Below are positions 24,658-37,785 of a stretch of 64,000 bases of DNA, in pieces (position 1 is the first letter of the stretch; the number at the start of each line of letters is the position of its first letter). The position numbers were made by a program, and so were the translations under genes. The notes under the pieces are model-generated. The model was not told where the DNA came from and did not search any database. It saw nothing but the letters and a program-made list of their open reading frames with translations. Origin of the DNA: Chiloscyllium plagiosum (lineage: Eukaryota); the NCBI RefSeq assembly GCF_004010195.1, contig NC_057720.1:6179016-6243015 (forward strand), given 5' to 3'.

Positions 24658-25432
24658 AGTGGGGTGGGGGAGTCCAGAACTAGAGGGCATAGATTTAGGG
24701 TGAGAGGGGAAAGTTATAAAAAAGACCTCAGGGATGACTTTTTCACACAGAGGGTGGTTTGTGTATGGAATGATCTGCCAGAGGATGTGGTGGAGGCTGG
24801 TACAATTGTCACATTTAAAAGGCATTTGGATGGGTATATGAATAGGAAGGGTTTGGAGGGATATAGGCCGGGTGCTGGCCAAATCTCTCTCAGCACCCAG
24901 GCGCACACACCCTGGTGCCCTGTCAGTTACCATTCCCATGAAAGGTATTCCAACACCACTCCCACAGGGATCGCCTGGCAATTGCCAATAGGCTTTTAGA
25001 AAAAAAGGTTCAAATGTCATTCTCCTTCCGATCGGAAAGATAGGAATATTGATGTGCGATTCTCCTCTCCTTCCTATCAGAAAGATGTTGTGAAACTTGA
25101 AAGGGTTCAGAAAAGATTTACAAGGATGTTACCAGGGTTGGAGGGTTTGAGCTATAGCGAGAGGCTGAACAGGCTGGGGCTGTTTTCCCTGGAACATTGG
25201 AGGTTGAGGGGTGACCTTATAGAGGTTTATAAAATCATGAGGGGCATGGATAGGATAAATGGACAAAGACTTTTCCCTGGGGTGGGGGAGTCCAGAACTA
25301 GAGGGCATAGATTTAGGGTGAGAGGGGAAAGTTACAAAAAAGACCTAAGGAATGACTTTTTCACACAGAGGGTGGTTTGTGTATGGAATGATCTGCCAGA
25401 GGATGTGGTGGAGGCTGGTACAATTGTCACAT
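24658..25432 (+). mobile_element. Two overlapping HER1-type 3' fragments (24658-24878 and 25045-25432)
   Basis: GVGESRTRGHRFRVRGESYKKDLR..WNDLPEDVVEAGTIVT is present twice. Confidence 0.88.
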
Positions 25433-25639
25433 TGGCATGTTTCCAAGGACTGAGGAACCCAGCATCTATTGCATATTGGGCAACTGACCTAGAGTATGCC
25501 ACCTCCAACAAGGTCATGCTAGGGGACATGAAAACTTCCATCTCACACCTTGATTGACATTAAGATGTTTTAATTTGCGGTCCTTTAATACCTGGCACTT
25601 TTGCAGAGCGGAGTCCACCAGGGAAACAGGGGAGAGATG

Positions 25640-26030
25640 AAGATCCAAGGTGGGTCCCACTCCAGAGAGTTGACAATGAAACCAAGGCTGTGATTGTGGT
25701 ACTGAGGGAGTGCTGCATGTCGGAGATGCCATTTTTTCAAATGGGAGGTGAGGCAAAGCCTCAAACACGATCTCTGAGGATCCTAAGACACCATTCCAGT
25801 TTAAAACGGGTTGAGTTCTATCCTGTGTCCTAGTCAACTCTTAACCCTCAACAAACATTAGTAAAGCAGATAGTCTCAGTCTTTAATTCATTGCTGTTTG
25901 TGGGACCCTGCTGTGTACAAATTGGCTTTCTGAAATCACAGCAGTGAATATACAGTGCATATTGTTCCTCGGCTGGAAAGCAGGTCCTTAGGTCATGAAA
26001 GACACAGTAACTGGAAATGCAAAAACTTCT
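25640..26030 (+). mobile_element. DeuSINE (SacSINE1/AmnSINE1-like) relic
   Basis: GTACTGAGGGAGTGCTGCA-TGTCGGAG..CATTGCTGTTTGTGGGACCCTGCTGTGTACAAATTGGCT..AAATGCAA matches the Deu domain and tail as recalled. Confidence 0.75.
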
Positions 26031-26927
26031 TTGTTTGAAACGTATAATGCACCATTCACTGACAAATCGCATTTATTAAAATGTGTATCTGGTGAATAGC
26101 TGGACAACCTCTATTTTGTATCAGCTTCATTAAATATTATTGCAGTCACCATCTGTAGGGCTTCAATTAATGTGACTGCTATTCTTGTTCCATTTTATTT
26201 ACTGCCTCATTTAGCAACTTATTACCATACTGCCACATTCATTTTTTAAAATTTGGCAAACATTTCTCTCTTTAATTTTTGAGTAAGTTCCAGTAACTGT
26301 GGAAACCTGTTGAAAAAACATACATCTATGTGCAAATTTCTAGGAAACATTTTACTTGTTTTGGCACAGGAGCTAAATGACAATTTCCATTTTGTTCTTG
26401 CGCACTCTATTTCCTTTTCTTCCGAAAGCAGCAGTCTTTAGGCGAATGTACCAGGTGTGCTTTCCTGTTTGTGGTTTCTCCGTAGCCCAGGCAGTTAGTG
26501 TCAATGGAGGAATGCACTTTATGAGATAAGCCTCTACATTACAGTTCTGTCTTCTATCTGCCAACTAATTCCAGAGTGAAACTATGGCCGAGCTGAGCTA
26601 TCAATCTGGGTAATGTTGAGAAGATAAGGAGGGATTTCTTCTCTCAGACAGTCATTCGTCTTTTGGAATTCTCCCTCGCACCAGAGAGCAATGGAGGATG
26701 GGTCATTGAATATATTCTTATGAGATCGACAGGTTTTTGATTGGCAAGGGAGTCAAGGGTCATGCAAGGAGACAGGAATGTAGGGCGACAACCACACCAG
26801 ATCTCTCATGATCAGATCAAATGGCTGATTCGTATTTCCATTTTTAATGTTCTAATTGACCAAATATTGATAAATAAGCTGAATCCCAGAGGTGAGAGTG
26901 ATTGCCTTTGACATCAATGCTACTTTT

Positions 26928-27570
26928 AGTCATAGTCAGAGAGTCATAGAGACATACAGCTCAGAAACAGACCCTACTGCCCAACTTATCCATGCCGTCC
27001 AGATATCCTACATTAAGCTAGTCCCACTTGCCAGCACTTGGCCCATATCCCTCTAAAACCTTCCTATTCGTATACCCATCGAGATGCCTTTTAAATGTTG
27101 CAATTGTACCAGCCTCCACTGTAATGTAGAGGCAGCTCATTCCATACACGTACCATCTTCTGCATGAAACAGTTGCCTCTTAGGTCCTTTTTAAATCTTT
27201 CCCCTTTCACCTTCAACCTATGCCCTCTAGTTCTGGACTGCCCCACCCCAGGGAAAAGACCTTGTCTGTTTATCCTATTCATGCCCCTCATGATTTTATA
27301 AACCTCTGTAAGGTCACCTCTCAGTCTCCAATGCTCCATGGAAAACAGCGCCAGACTGTTTAGCCTCTCCCTGTAGCTCAAACCCTCGAACCCTGGGAAC
27401 ATTCTTGTAAATCTTTTCTGAATCCCTTCAAGTTTCACAACATCTTTCCAATAGGAAAGGGACCAGAATTGCGCACAATATTCCAAACAGGACCTAGCCA
27501 TTGTCCTGTACAGACACAACGTGACTTCCCAACTCCTATACTCAATGCTCTGACCAATAACAGAAAGCAA
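26928..27570 (-). mobile_element. CR1/HER1-type 3' fragment
   Basis: LEYCAQFWS..WRLRGDL..WNELP. Confidence 0.9.
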
Positions 27571-27659
27571 AGCAAACACTCAAGAAAATGTAGCAAAACT
27601 GAAACCAATGGGAAGAAAAGACAAAAAAAAAACCCCTCTTTTGGATTTATTCACATCCA

Positions 27660-28045
27660 ACTCAAAGTAAGATGGGTGTGGTTGTTGGAGGCCAAACGTC
27701 TCATCCCCAGGACATCTCTGCACAGGTTCCTCAGGGTGGTGTCCTAGACCCAACCATCTTCAGCTGCTTCATCAATGACCTTCCCTCTATCATGAGATCA
27801 AAAGTGGGGATGGTCACTGATAATTGTTCAATGTTCAGCACCAAACATAACTGTTCAGGGAATAAGTAAAGTCATGCCCATCCCTTAACCAGACCTAGAC
27901 ACCACTTAGATTTTCTCTTTGATGAATCGGAGCTTTAAGTGAAGGGAAATGCCACCACCTTGGATTTCCCATTTATCTTATGCCTCATCCTGATTTAATC
28001 ATACACTGCTATTTCACTGTTGTTGAGTCAAAATCCTGGAAATCT
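27660..28045 (+). mobile_element. RT fragment of a second CR1-group LINE family
   Basis: VPQGGVLDPTIFSCFINDLP. A probable 3' tail of this family (~32935-33090, ~15720-15810) matches the tail of the second SINE family. Confidence 0.7.
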
Positions 28046-28074
28046 GAACAACATGATGCGTATCCCAACACCAA

Positions 28075-28685
28075 GGTTCGATTCCAGCATGGGGTGACTG
28101 TCTGTGTGGAGTTTGCACATTCTCCCCGTGTCTGCATGGGTTTCCTCTGGGTGCTCCGGTTTCCTCCTCGCAGTCCGAAGATGTGCAGGTCAGGTGAATT
28201 GGCCAAGCTAAATTGCCCATAATGTTAGGTGCATTAGTCAGAGGGAAATGGGACTGGGTGGGTTACTCTCTGGAGGGTCGGTGTGGACGTGTTGGGCTGA
28301 ATGGCCTGACCCAAAGGTGACAGCAATATCCTAAGAATGAATATTGAAATGAATATGAGGGTGTAATTGCACTGGAGGGAGCGCAGAGGAGATGCACCAG
28401 GATGTTAAAATTGTTACAGTGTGGAAGCAGGCCATTCAATCCATTGAGTCCACACTGACTGTCCCACTCCCCTCCCCTATAACTCTGCATTTCCTGTGGT
28501 TAATCTACCTAACCTGCACATCTTTGGATTTTGGGATGAAACCAGAGCACCCAGAGGAAACCCACGCAGACACAGGGAGAATTTGCAAAGTCCACACAGT
28601 GGGTCACTCAAGAGTGGAATTGAACCAAGGTCTTTGGCCCTGTGAGGCAGCAGAGCTACGCACTGAGCCACTGTGCCATCCCGTG
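28075..28685. mobile_element. Two HE1-type SINEs (28075-28308 +, 28411-28685 -)
   Basis: V-domain motifs in opposite orientation. Confidence 0.82.
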
Positions 28686-29879
28686 CTCAGAATGGAAGAG
28701 TTTAGCTTTGAAGAGAGGCTGGACAGGTTTACGTTGTTTTTACTTTAGAGTAGCAAAGACTGAGAAGAAATCCGATTGAGATGTTTAAGATTATGAGGGG
28801 TATGGACAGGTTGAATAGGGAGGAGCAGCTGTTCTCTTAAATGAAGGGTTAATAGCAAGGATGAATAATTTCAAGGTGAAAGACAGGCACTTTAAAATGG
28901 TATGAAGAAAAATGTTCATGCAGTGGGTGGTGGGGCGTCTGGAGTGCACTGCCTGGGAAGGTAGTTGAGGTGAGAAACCCCACAAGGTTTACAAACTACT
29001 TGGATGACCACTTGAAATGTCAGAACATTCAAGGCTGTAGGTCTTGTGTGGGAAAGTGGTACCAGTGTAGATTTAGTTGCACTTTGATAGTACAGACTTG
29101 ATGGGCTGAAAGGTCTCTTCTGCACTGCATGATTCTGAAAGAAATTAAAAACACATGCTAAACCTCTACAGTAGCCACGTTGAAAGTGTTACTGTATGTG
29201 TGTATATACAGCTCTGATATAAGGTGCGTATTTAAGTCCTAATTAGAGGATAGGTAATGGCCTGGTGGTATTATCACCAGACTGTTAATCCAGAAATGAA
29301 TATGAGGGTGTGGCTCTTGTAACATGGTTGACTCTTAACTACCTTCTGGGAAATTAAGGATGGGTAAAGGTGCTGGCCTAGCCAGCAACTCCCTCATCCT
29401 GTGAATCTTCTCATGAGCCACATTCAAACCTTGCCATGGCAGATGGTAGAATTTGAATTCAATAAATAATTCAATAAATCATACAGTGCAGAAGAGGCCT
29501 TTCAGCCCATCAAGTGTGTACTATCAAAACTGCAACTAAATCTACACTGGTCCCACCCCCCCACACAAGGCCTACAGTCTTGAATGTTCTGACATTTCAA
29601 GTGCCAGAGGATGTGGTGGAGGTTGGTACAATTGCAACAGTTAAGAGGCATTTGGATGGGTATATGAATAGGAAGGGTTGGGGAGGGATACGGGCCGGGT
29701 GCTGGCAGGTGGGACGAGATTGGGTTGGGATATCTGGTCGGCATGGACGGGTTGGATCGAAGGGTCTGTTTCCATGCTGTACATCTCTGTGACTCTATAA
29801 CTGTACTTGTTGTTTGAAAAAAATACAGTAATGGACTACTTTTGGAATTGTTCTGTCAGGACCTGGTTTAGGAATGCAA

Positions 29880-31100
29880 GCAAAGAGTATTGATGAGGGC
29901 ACAGTGGAGGACATGATCTATCTGGACTTCAGTAGGGTGTTCGACAAGGTTCCCCATGGGAGATTAGTTAGCAAGGTTAGATCGCATGGAATAAAGGGAG
30001 AACTTGGATTTGGAAATAGAACTAGCTCGAAGGTAGAAGACAGAGAGTGATAGTGAAGGCTGGCTTTTCAGACTGAAGGCCTGTGACCAGTAGCATGCCA
30101 CAAGGATTGGTGCTGGGTCCACTACTTTTTGTCATTTATATAAATAATTTGGCTGTGAACATAGGAGGTATGGTTTGTAATTTTGCAAATGACACCAAAA
30201 TTGGAGGTGTATTGGACAGTGAAGAAGGTCACCTCAGATTACAGCAGGATCTTGATCAGATGGGCCAATGGGCTAAGGAGTGGCAGATGGAGTTTAATTT
30301 AGATAAATGTGAGGTGCTGCATTTTGGAAAAGCATAATCAGAGCAGGACTTATACACTTAATGGGAAGGCCCTGGGGAGTGTTGCTGGATAAAGAGACCT
30401 TGGAGTGCAGGCTCATAGCTTCTTGAAAATAGAGTTAGAGACAGATAGGAGAGTGAAGAAGGCATTTGGTATGCTTTCCTTTACTGGTCATAGTATTGAG
30501 TATAAGTGTTGGGAGGTCATGTTGCAGGTGTACAGGACATTGGTTAGGCCACTTTTGGAATATTGCATGCAATTCTGGTCCCCTTCCTATCAGAAGGATG
30601 TTGTGAAACATGAAAGGGTTCAGAAAAGATTTACAAGAATGTTGCCAGGGCTGGAGGATTCGAACTATAGGGAGAGGCTAAACAGGCTGGGGCTGTTTTC
30701 CCTGGAGCGTCGGAGGCTGAGAGGTGACCTTATTGAGGTTTACAAAATTATGAGGGGCATGGATAGGGTGAACAGACAAAGTATTTTCCCTGGATGTGGT
30801 ATTCAGAACTAGACAGCATAGGTTTAGGGTGAGCGGGGAAAGATATTAAAGTAACCTAAGGAGCAACTTTTTCAAGCAGAGGGTGGTGTGTGTATGGAAT
30901 GAGCTTCTCAAGGAAGTGGTGGAAGCTGGTACAATTACAACATTTAAAAGGCACCTGGATGGGTATATGAATCGGAAGGGTTTAGAGGGATATGGACCAA
31001 ATGCTGGCAAATGGGACTAGATTAGTTTAGGATATTTGGTCGGCATGGACGAGTTGAACAAAAGGGTCTGTTTCCATGCTGTACATTTCTGTGACTCTGT
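29880..31100 (+). mobile_element. CR1/HER1-type LINE, 3' 1.2 kb
   Basis: YLDFS, PQGLVLGPLLF, FANDTK, LGLFSLERRRLRGDLIEVYK and 3' UTR. Confidence 0.92.
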
Positions 31101-31924
31101 GAAATAAATCTAGAATTAAGAATCTAATGATGACCATGAATCCCTTATTGGAAAAACTCATCTGGTTCACTAATGTCCTTTGGGGAAGGAAACTGCCATC
31201 TTTATCCAATCTGGCCTACATGTGGCTCTTGCAACATGGTTGACTCTTAACTACCTTCTGGGAAATTAAGGATGGGTAAAGGTGCTGGCCTAGCCAGCAA
31301 CTCCCTCATCTTGTGAAAGATTTTTTAAAAAATTAACCAATACACCCCACCATATTATTTAGCAAGGGCACAAGATGCTCAAAGAGTTGCATGTGTGCTG
31401 TCAGGACACCCATATCCAAACCTGACTGAGCATCATGCATAATCTGCAACGTGAGACGGTGACTCTGACACAGTGATTCAGCCTCTGTGATTGAAATGAG
31501 TGATTCGAAACAGTTTGTGCTTTGGTATGTGATTGTTCATGATGTCATCTGAACATGATTAAGATTCCTTTCTGGTAATCACTCTTAAGCATCCATTATT
31601 CTGTGTATAATTTGTCACTGCTCTGTAAGAGGAGAAGCCGCATTCTTTCTGTCCCATGCACTGCCTCTGGGCACACTAACAAAGTGCAGGCAGTTATTAT
31701 TCTCAAGGTTTAAAGGGGAACTGTGTGATGATAGCAAGCTACATCAGAGAATACAAAGCAGAGCACCACGGCAGGTCATTATTTTAAATAGTGACACAGA
31801 ATGTCCTAAGTGTACACAATGAAAAGTTTTGATACAATGGGTTGGACAGTCCTTATGTGTCAGTGCTTTAGTGAGTCACAGTTATAAAGTGGAAACTGAT
31901 GTCTCTCACACAGCCCCATGTAAA

Positions 31925-32240
31925 TAGATTAGATTATTTACAGTGTGGAAACAGGCCCTTCGGTCCAACAAGTCCACACCGACCCTCCAAAGAGCAACCC
32001 ACCCAGACCCATTCCCCTACATTTACCCCTTCACCTGACACTATGGGCAATTTAGCATGGCCAATTCACCTAACCTGCACATCTTTAGACTGTGGGAGGA
32101 AACCGGAGCACCTGGAAGACACCCACACAGACACGGGGAGAATGTGCAAACTCCACACAGTCAGTTGCCCGAGGCGGGATTTGAATCCGGGTCTCTGGCA
32201 CTGTGAGGCAGCAGTGCTAACCACTGTGCCACTGTGCTGC
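31925..32240 (-). mobile_element. HE1-type SINE, full length
   Basis: Head, V-domain, tail and (AATCT)n. Confidence 0.9.
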
Positions 32241-32261
32241 CCGTGCCCTTAAATTTAAGCC

Positions 32262-32500
32262 AGATGTGGAGGAGCCAATGATGTACTGAGATGGACAAAG
32301 TCACACAACACCAGGTTACAGTCCAACAGGTTTATTTAAAATTATAAGCTTTCGGAGCGCTGCTCCCTTGTCAGGCGAAGTCACTTTGACATTTTGAGAC
32401 AAATGAACTTCTTCAAGGTTCTGAGGAAGGGTCACTCGACCGAAATATTAACTGATTTCTCTCCACGGATGCTGAGCTTTTCTAGCAGTTTCAGTTTCTG
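32262..32500. mobile_element. Adjacent family C (32262-32385, -) and family B (32415-32500, +) terminal repeats
   Basis: rc CTGACAAGGGAGCAGCGCTCCGAAAGCTT; GTT-CTGAGGA-A-GGGTCACTCGACC-GAAA-TA-TT-AAC. Confidence 0.7.
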
Positions 32501-32574
32501 TTGTTGGTTGTGTATTAAATAACCTTTTCTTCCCATATCCCAAGGCAAGATTTAAAGTAGAAAACAAAATATTG

Positions 32575-32930
32575 AATTTATTTCGCACCTTTCACAACCA
32601 CCGAATTCCCCAAAATGCTTTCTAGTCAATGACAGCAGAGTCAACACTGTACGTTTGGCAGCCCAGCAGCCAGTTTACACAGAGTAAAGCTCCATCACAA
32701 TGAAATAATGACTGGAGGATGGATTTTCGCAATGTCGATGAGAACAGGTTATGACAGAAGGCAAATTTTCTCAACCTTTCTTTGAAACAGGGCTGTGGGA
32801 TCTTTTATGTCCACCGGAAAGAGCAGATATGGCAAGGGCTTAAAGATAGCATCTCCAACAACGCAGCACCCCCTCAGTCTGGTCAACATAGATTTTAATG
32901 CTCATGTCTCCAGTCGGGAACTTGGACTAA
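32575..32930 (-). mobile_element. DeuSINE relic
   Basis: GGGATCTTTTATGTCCACC..GCAGCACCCCCTCAGT is the reverse complement of the Deu domain. Confidence 0.65.
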
Positions 32931-33216
32931 TTACATGGAATAACTTCCCAAAGAGCATTGTGGGTCAACCTACAGCAGAAAGACTGTAACTGTTTACGAA
33001 GACAGCTCCCTATCATCATCTCCATGGCAACTGGGAATGGGCAAAAAATTGTTGCCCTGGCCAATTATGCCAACATTCTGTGAATGAATATGACAGCAGC
33101 CATATGTGGCACCAGGTCAGCTTTGAACTTCATTCATGATGTTGCTCTGTTATCTAGTTGGCACAATGTTTTCTTGACTTGTTCAAAGTATGCTTGTATA
33201 TTAGTTATTTTATTAA

Positions 33217-35335
33217 TGCTGAGGGAGTGCCACACTGTCAGAGGGTCAGTGCTGAGGGAGTGCTGCACTGTCAGAGGGTCAATGGTGAGGGAGTGCCGCA
33301 CTGTCAGAGGGTCAGTGGTGAGGGAATGCCGCACTGTCGGATGGTCAGCACTGAGGGAGTGCCACACTGTTGGAGGGTCAGTGCTGAGGGAGTGCCGCAC
33401 AGTAAGAGGGTCAGTACTGAGGGAGTGCTGCACCGTCAGATGGTCAGCACTGAGGGAGTGCCACACTGTTGGAGGGTCAGTGGTGAGGGAGTGCCGCACT
33501 GTCGGAGGGTCAGTGATGAGGGAGTGCTGCACTGTCGGAGGGTCAGTGGTGAGGGAGTGCCACACTGTCGGAGGGTCAGTGCTGAGGGAGTGCCACACTG
33601 TTGGAGTCTAGTGCTGACAGAGTGCTGCACTGTCGGAGGGTCAGTGCTGAGGGAGTGCTGCACTGTCAGAGAGTCGGTACTGAGGGAGCACCACGCTGGC
33701 GGAGGGTCAGTACTGAGGGAATGTGGCATTGTCAGAGGGCCAGTGCTGAGGGAGAACCGCATTGTCGGAGGGTCAGCGCTGAGGGAGAACCGCATTGTTG
33801 GAGGGTCAGTGCTGAGGGAGTGCCACACAGTCAGAGGGTCACTACTGAGGGAGTGCTGCACTGTTGGAAGGTCAGTGCTCAAGGAGTCCCACACTGTTAG
33901 AGGGTCAGTACTGAGGGAGTACGGCACTGTCAGAGGATCAGTATTGAGGGAATGCCGCACTTTTGGACAGGTAGCGCTGACAGAATGCCACACTATTGGA
34001 GGGTCAGAACTGAGTGAATGCGGCACCGACTGAGAATGAGTGCTGACGGAGTGCCACACTGTTGGAGGGTCAGTGCTGAAGGGATCCGGCACTGTTGAAG
34101 GATTAGTACTGAGGGGATGTGGCATTGTCAGATGGTCAGTACTGAGGGAATGCCGCATTGTCAGAGGATCAGTACTGAGGGAGTGCAGCAATGTTGGAAG
34201 GTCAGTGCTAAGGGAATTCCGCACTTTCGGAGGGTCAGTGTTCAGGGAGTTATGCACTGTGAGAGGGTCAGTACTGAGGGAGTGTGGCACTGTCAAAAGG
34301 GTCAGCACTGAAGGAATGTCATGCTTTCAGAGGGCAGCACTGAGGGAATGCTGCACTGTTGGTGGGTCAGAGCTAAGTGAATGCGGCACTGTCGGAGAAT
34401 CAGTGCTGATGGAGCACCACGATGTTGGAGGGTCAGTGCTGAGAGAGTCTGGCACTGTTGTAGGGTCAGTCCTGAGGGAGTGCCACACTGTCGGAGGGTC
34501 AGTGCTCAAGGAGTCCCGGATTGTTAGACGGTCAGTGCTGAGGGACTGTGGCATGTCAGAGTGTGGCATGTACTGAAGGAATACCATACTTTCGAAGGGG
34601 CAGCACTGAGGGAGTGCCGCACTGTCGGAGGGTCAGTGCTTTGGTTGGGTCTCACTGTCTGATGGTCAGTGCTGAGGGTGCACCGCAGTGTAGAAGGGTC
34701 AGTGCTGAGGGAGCACCGCACTGTTGGAGGGTCAGTGCTGAGGTAGTGCCACACTGTTGGAGGATCAGTGCTGAGGGAGCGCCGCACAGTTGGAGGGTCA
34801 GTGCTGAGAGAGTGTCGCACTGTCAGAGGGTCAGTGCTGAGGGAGTCCGGCACTGTTGGAGAGTTAGTACTGAGGCAGTGCTGAACTGTCTTAGGTTCAG
34901 AGCTGAGGGAACACCACACTGTTGGAAGGTCAGTGCTGAGGGAGTCTGGCACTATCAGAGGGTTAGTACTGAGGAACTGCCACACTGTCAGAGAATCAGT
35001 GCTGAGGGAGTGCCGCACTGTCGGAGGATCAGTGCTGTGGAAGTCTGGCACTGTCGGAGGGTCAGTACTGAGGGAGTGCTGCACTGTTGGAGGGTCAGTG
35101 CTGAGGGAGAGCCATACCATTGGAGGGTCAGTGCTGAGGGAGAGCCACACTGTCAGAGGATCAGTGCTGAGGGAGTGCTGCACTGTCGGAGGGTCAGCGC
35201 TGAGGGAGAGCCACACTGTCGGAGGGTCAGTGCTGAGAGAGAGTTGCACTTTCGGACGATCAGTGCTAAGGGAGGGTCACACCGTTGGAGGGTTAGTGCT
35301 GAGGGAATGTCACACTGTTGCAGGTTCAGTGTTTA
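33217..35335. repeat. 33-bp minisatellite, ~64 units, consensus GTGCTGAGGGAGTGCCGCACTGTCGGAGGGTCA
   Basis: Direct periodicity; 11-aa repeats appear in several frames. Confidence 0.97.
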
Positions 35336-35844
35336 GGGTTCATGAATTGTTGGATTGTCAGTGTTGAGACAATGCTGCATTGTTGTAGTTTCAGTGCGAA
35401 CAGAACCCTTTGGTAGGAGGGTACCAATTGTGTGTTGATGACAAAGTCGATGCCATGAAATAGCTGGCTTTACCTGGAACTCAAATCTTTTAAGACACTG
35501 TGCCTTTTCCAGGGTAATCTGAGGTGGACTGGGCATCTTTCCAAGATCAAAAATAGTCATGTTGGACCTATATTTGAGTTTGCATAATATGCAGTAAACA
35601 GTACTTAGTTCATAGAATCATAGAATTCCTACAGTGTGGGATTAGGCCATTTGGCCCATTGAGTTCATACCGACCCTCCGAAGACCATCCCACCCAAACC
35701 CAATCTTTTACCCTATCCCTGTAACCCCGCATTTCCCATGGCTAACCCACCTAACCTACACATCCCTGGACACGATGGGCAATTTAGCACGACCAATCCA
35801 CCATAACCTGCACATCTTTGGACTTGGTAACCATTATCCTGCTG

Positions 35845-36035
35845 AATAGAAACACAAATAGAAATTGCTGGAGAAACTCAGCTGGTCTGACACAATCTGT
35901 GGAGAGAAATCAAGAGTTAATGTTTCAGATTTTGACCCAAAGCATTAACTCTGATTTCTCTCCACAGATGCTGCCAGACCTGCTGAGCTTTTCCAGCAAT
36001 TTCTACTTGTGTTTCTGATTTACGGCATCCATAGT
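35845..36035. mobile_element. Palindromic family B element with the HHR centre deleted
   Basis: GAAATTGCTGGAGAAACTCAGC and GCTGAGCTTTTCCAGCAATTTC. Confidence 0.8.
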
Positions 36036-36769
36036 TCTTAGGTTTTTATCCTACAGGATAAATTTGATTCAGCATCAAGCAAACATTGCGAAGAAATGGT
36101 ACAGGACAATATCACCGGAAATGGAAACAACGAAATCCCAAAGTGTTGACCAAGAGTAGACTGAGTGGTTGAGAAGCCATTAGCAAATTTCCCCGCTAGC
36201 ATGTTGAAGAATGGGAGCTCCTTTGAGCAGACCACTTCATTGAATGGTGAAACAGTTTCAACAAAACATAAGATCTATCACAGCTCCACTGTATTTTTTT
36301 CCTAATTCTCTATGTAGTCATTCTTTTCAGATGTTAAGGAAGTTGAGGTTAGAGGTGACGATGATATCCAGAGAGGGATAGGTAGAAAACGAGCAGTGAA
36401 GAGGAAAAGAAACTGCTAAATTAAGCTACGTACAATATTTTTAGACAGGCTGCGCTGTAAGCATTGAATTTAAACTAATGAGAAGCCTTCTATCTGGAAG
36501 GATAACACATGGCTAAGAGTCTCTGCAGTTCCCAAGTCTCTGCAGCTCCACAGGGTGGAAAATGCTGAGATTAGCAAATGTGAGCTGCTTAGCGTTAACA
36601 GCTGATTTGTGGAACTCTTGTAGTTTACAAAATAAAACATTTTCAATTCCCCTCCCTCAGCCCTGCCATTCATGGACACTGCTCACCCATGACAACCCCA
36701 TCCCTTCCCTCCATAATTACCTGGAGTTCCTCTACACGACCCCCAACATTAGATTACACAAAAAGCAAT

Positions 36770-37093
36770 AGGGTGGCGTGATAGCTCAGTGGTTAGCACT
36801 GCTGCCTTATAGCGCCAGGGACCCTGGTTCGATTCCAGCCTCGGGCAACTATCTGTGTAGAGTTTGCACATTCTCCCTGTGTCTGTCTGAGTTTTCTCCC
36901 GGTGCACTGGATTCCTCCCACAGTCCAAAGCTGTGCAGCTTAGGTGGATTGGCCAGGCTAAATTGCCCATAGTGTGCAGGGGTGTAAATGTGGGGCTGTA
37001 GGGGGCTGGGGCCAGGCCTCGGTGCTCCTCTTTGTAGGTCAGTGCAGACATGATGGGCTGAATTGCCTCTTTCTGCATTGTAAGGATTCTATA
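36770..37093 (+). mobile_element. HE1-type SINE
   Basis: TAGCTCAGTGG A box, GGTTCGATTCC B box and V-domain. Confidence 0.88.
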
Positions 37094-37224
37094 ACTGCTA
37101 ACCAGTGAGCACTTGCAAGGTATTCAGCCGTGACATGTAGCATGTTGGGGACAGGACCAAAGCTGTACTCAAGCATGTGATTAGTGGATAGTAAATGAAA
37201 TAAGGAATAGGGGGCTGATGATTG

Positions 37225-37785
37225 ATATTAAAGACATTGGTGAGACCACTTTGGGAATATTGCATTTAATTCTGGTGTCCCTGCTATCTGAAAGATGTTG
37301 TTAAACCTGAAAGGGTTCAGAAAAGATTTACAGGGATGTTCCCAGGGTTGGAGGATTTTTGAGCTACAGGGAGAGGCTGAACAGGCTGGGACTGTTTTCC
37401 CTGGAGCGTCGGAGGCTGAGGGGTGACCTTATAGAGGTTTACAAAATTATGAGGGACATGGATAGGATAAATAGACAAGGTCATTTTGCTGGGGTGGGGG
37501 GGATCCAGAACTAGAGGGTATAGGTTTAGGGTGAGAAGGAAAGATTTAAAAGGGACCTAAAAGGCAAGTTTTTCACTGGGTGTATGGAATGAGCTGCCAG
37601 AGGAAGTGGTGGACGCTGGTACAGTGACCACATTTAAAAGGTATCTGGATGGGTATATGAATAGGAAGGTTTACAGGGATATAGGGCAAATGCTGGCAAA
37701 TGGGATTAGATTAGATAGGGATGTCTGGTCGGCATGGAGGAGTTGGGCAGAAGGGTCTGTTTCCATGCTGTACACCTCTATGACA
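37225..37785 (+). mobile_element. CR1/HER1-type 3' fragment
   Basis: KTLVRPL..RRLRGDLIEVYK and 3' UTR. Confidence 0.88.

Noticed and set aside
33217..35335. CRISPR-like array
   Set aside because: Units are contiguous with no unique spacers, there are no cas genes, and the context is vertebrate.
33084..35367. Long Cys/His-rich ORFs (VLRECRTVGGS repeats) resembling zinc-finger or keratin-associated proteins
   Set aside because: A 33-bp unit keeps frames open on both strands; frames are broken by indels and there is no gene structure.
36057..36246. Plus-strand coding exon after a TTTTATCCTACAG acceptor
   Set aside because: Stops in all frames and a weak donor; no homology recognised.
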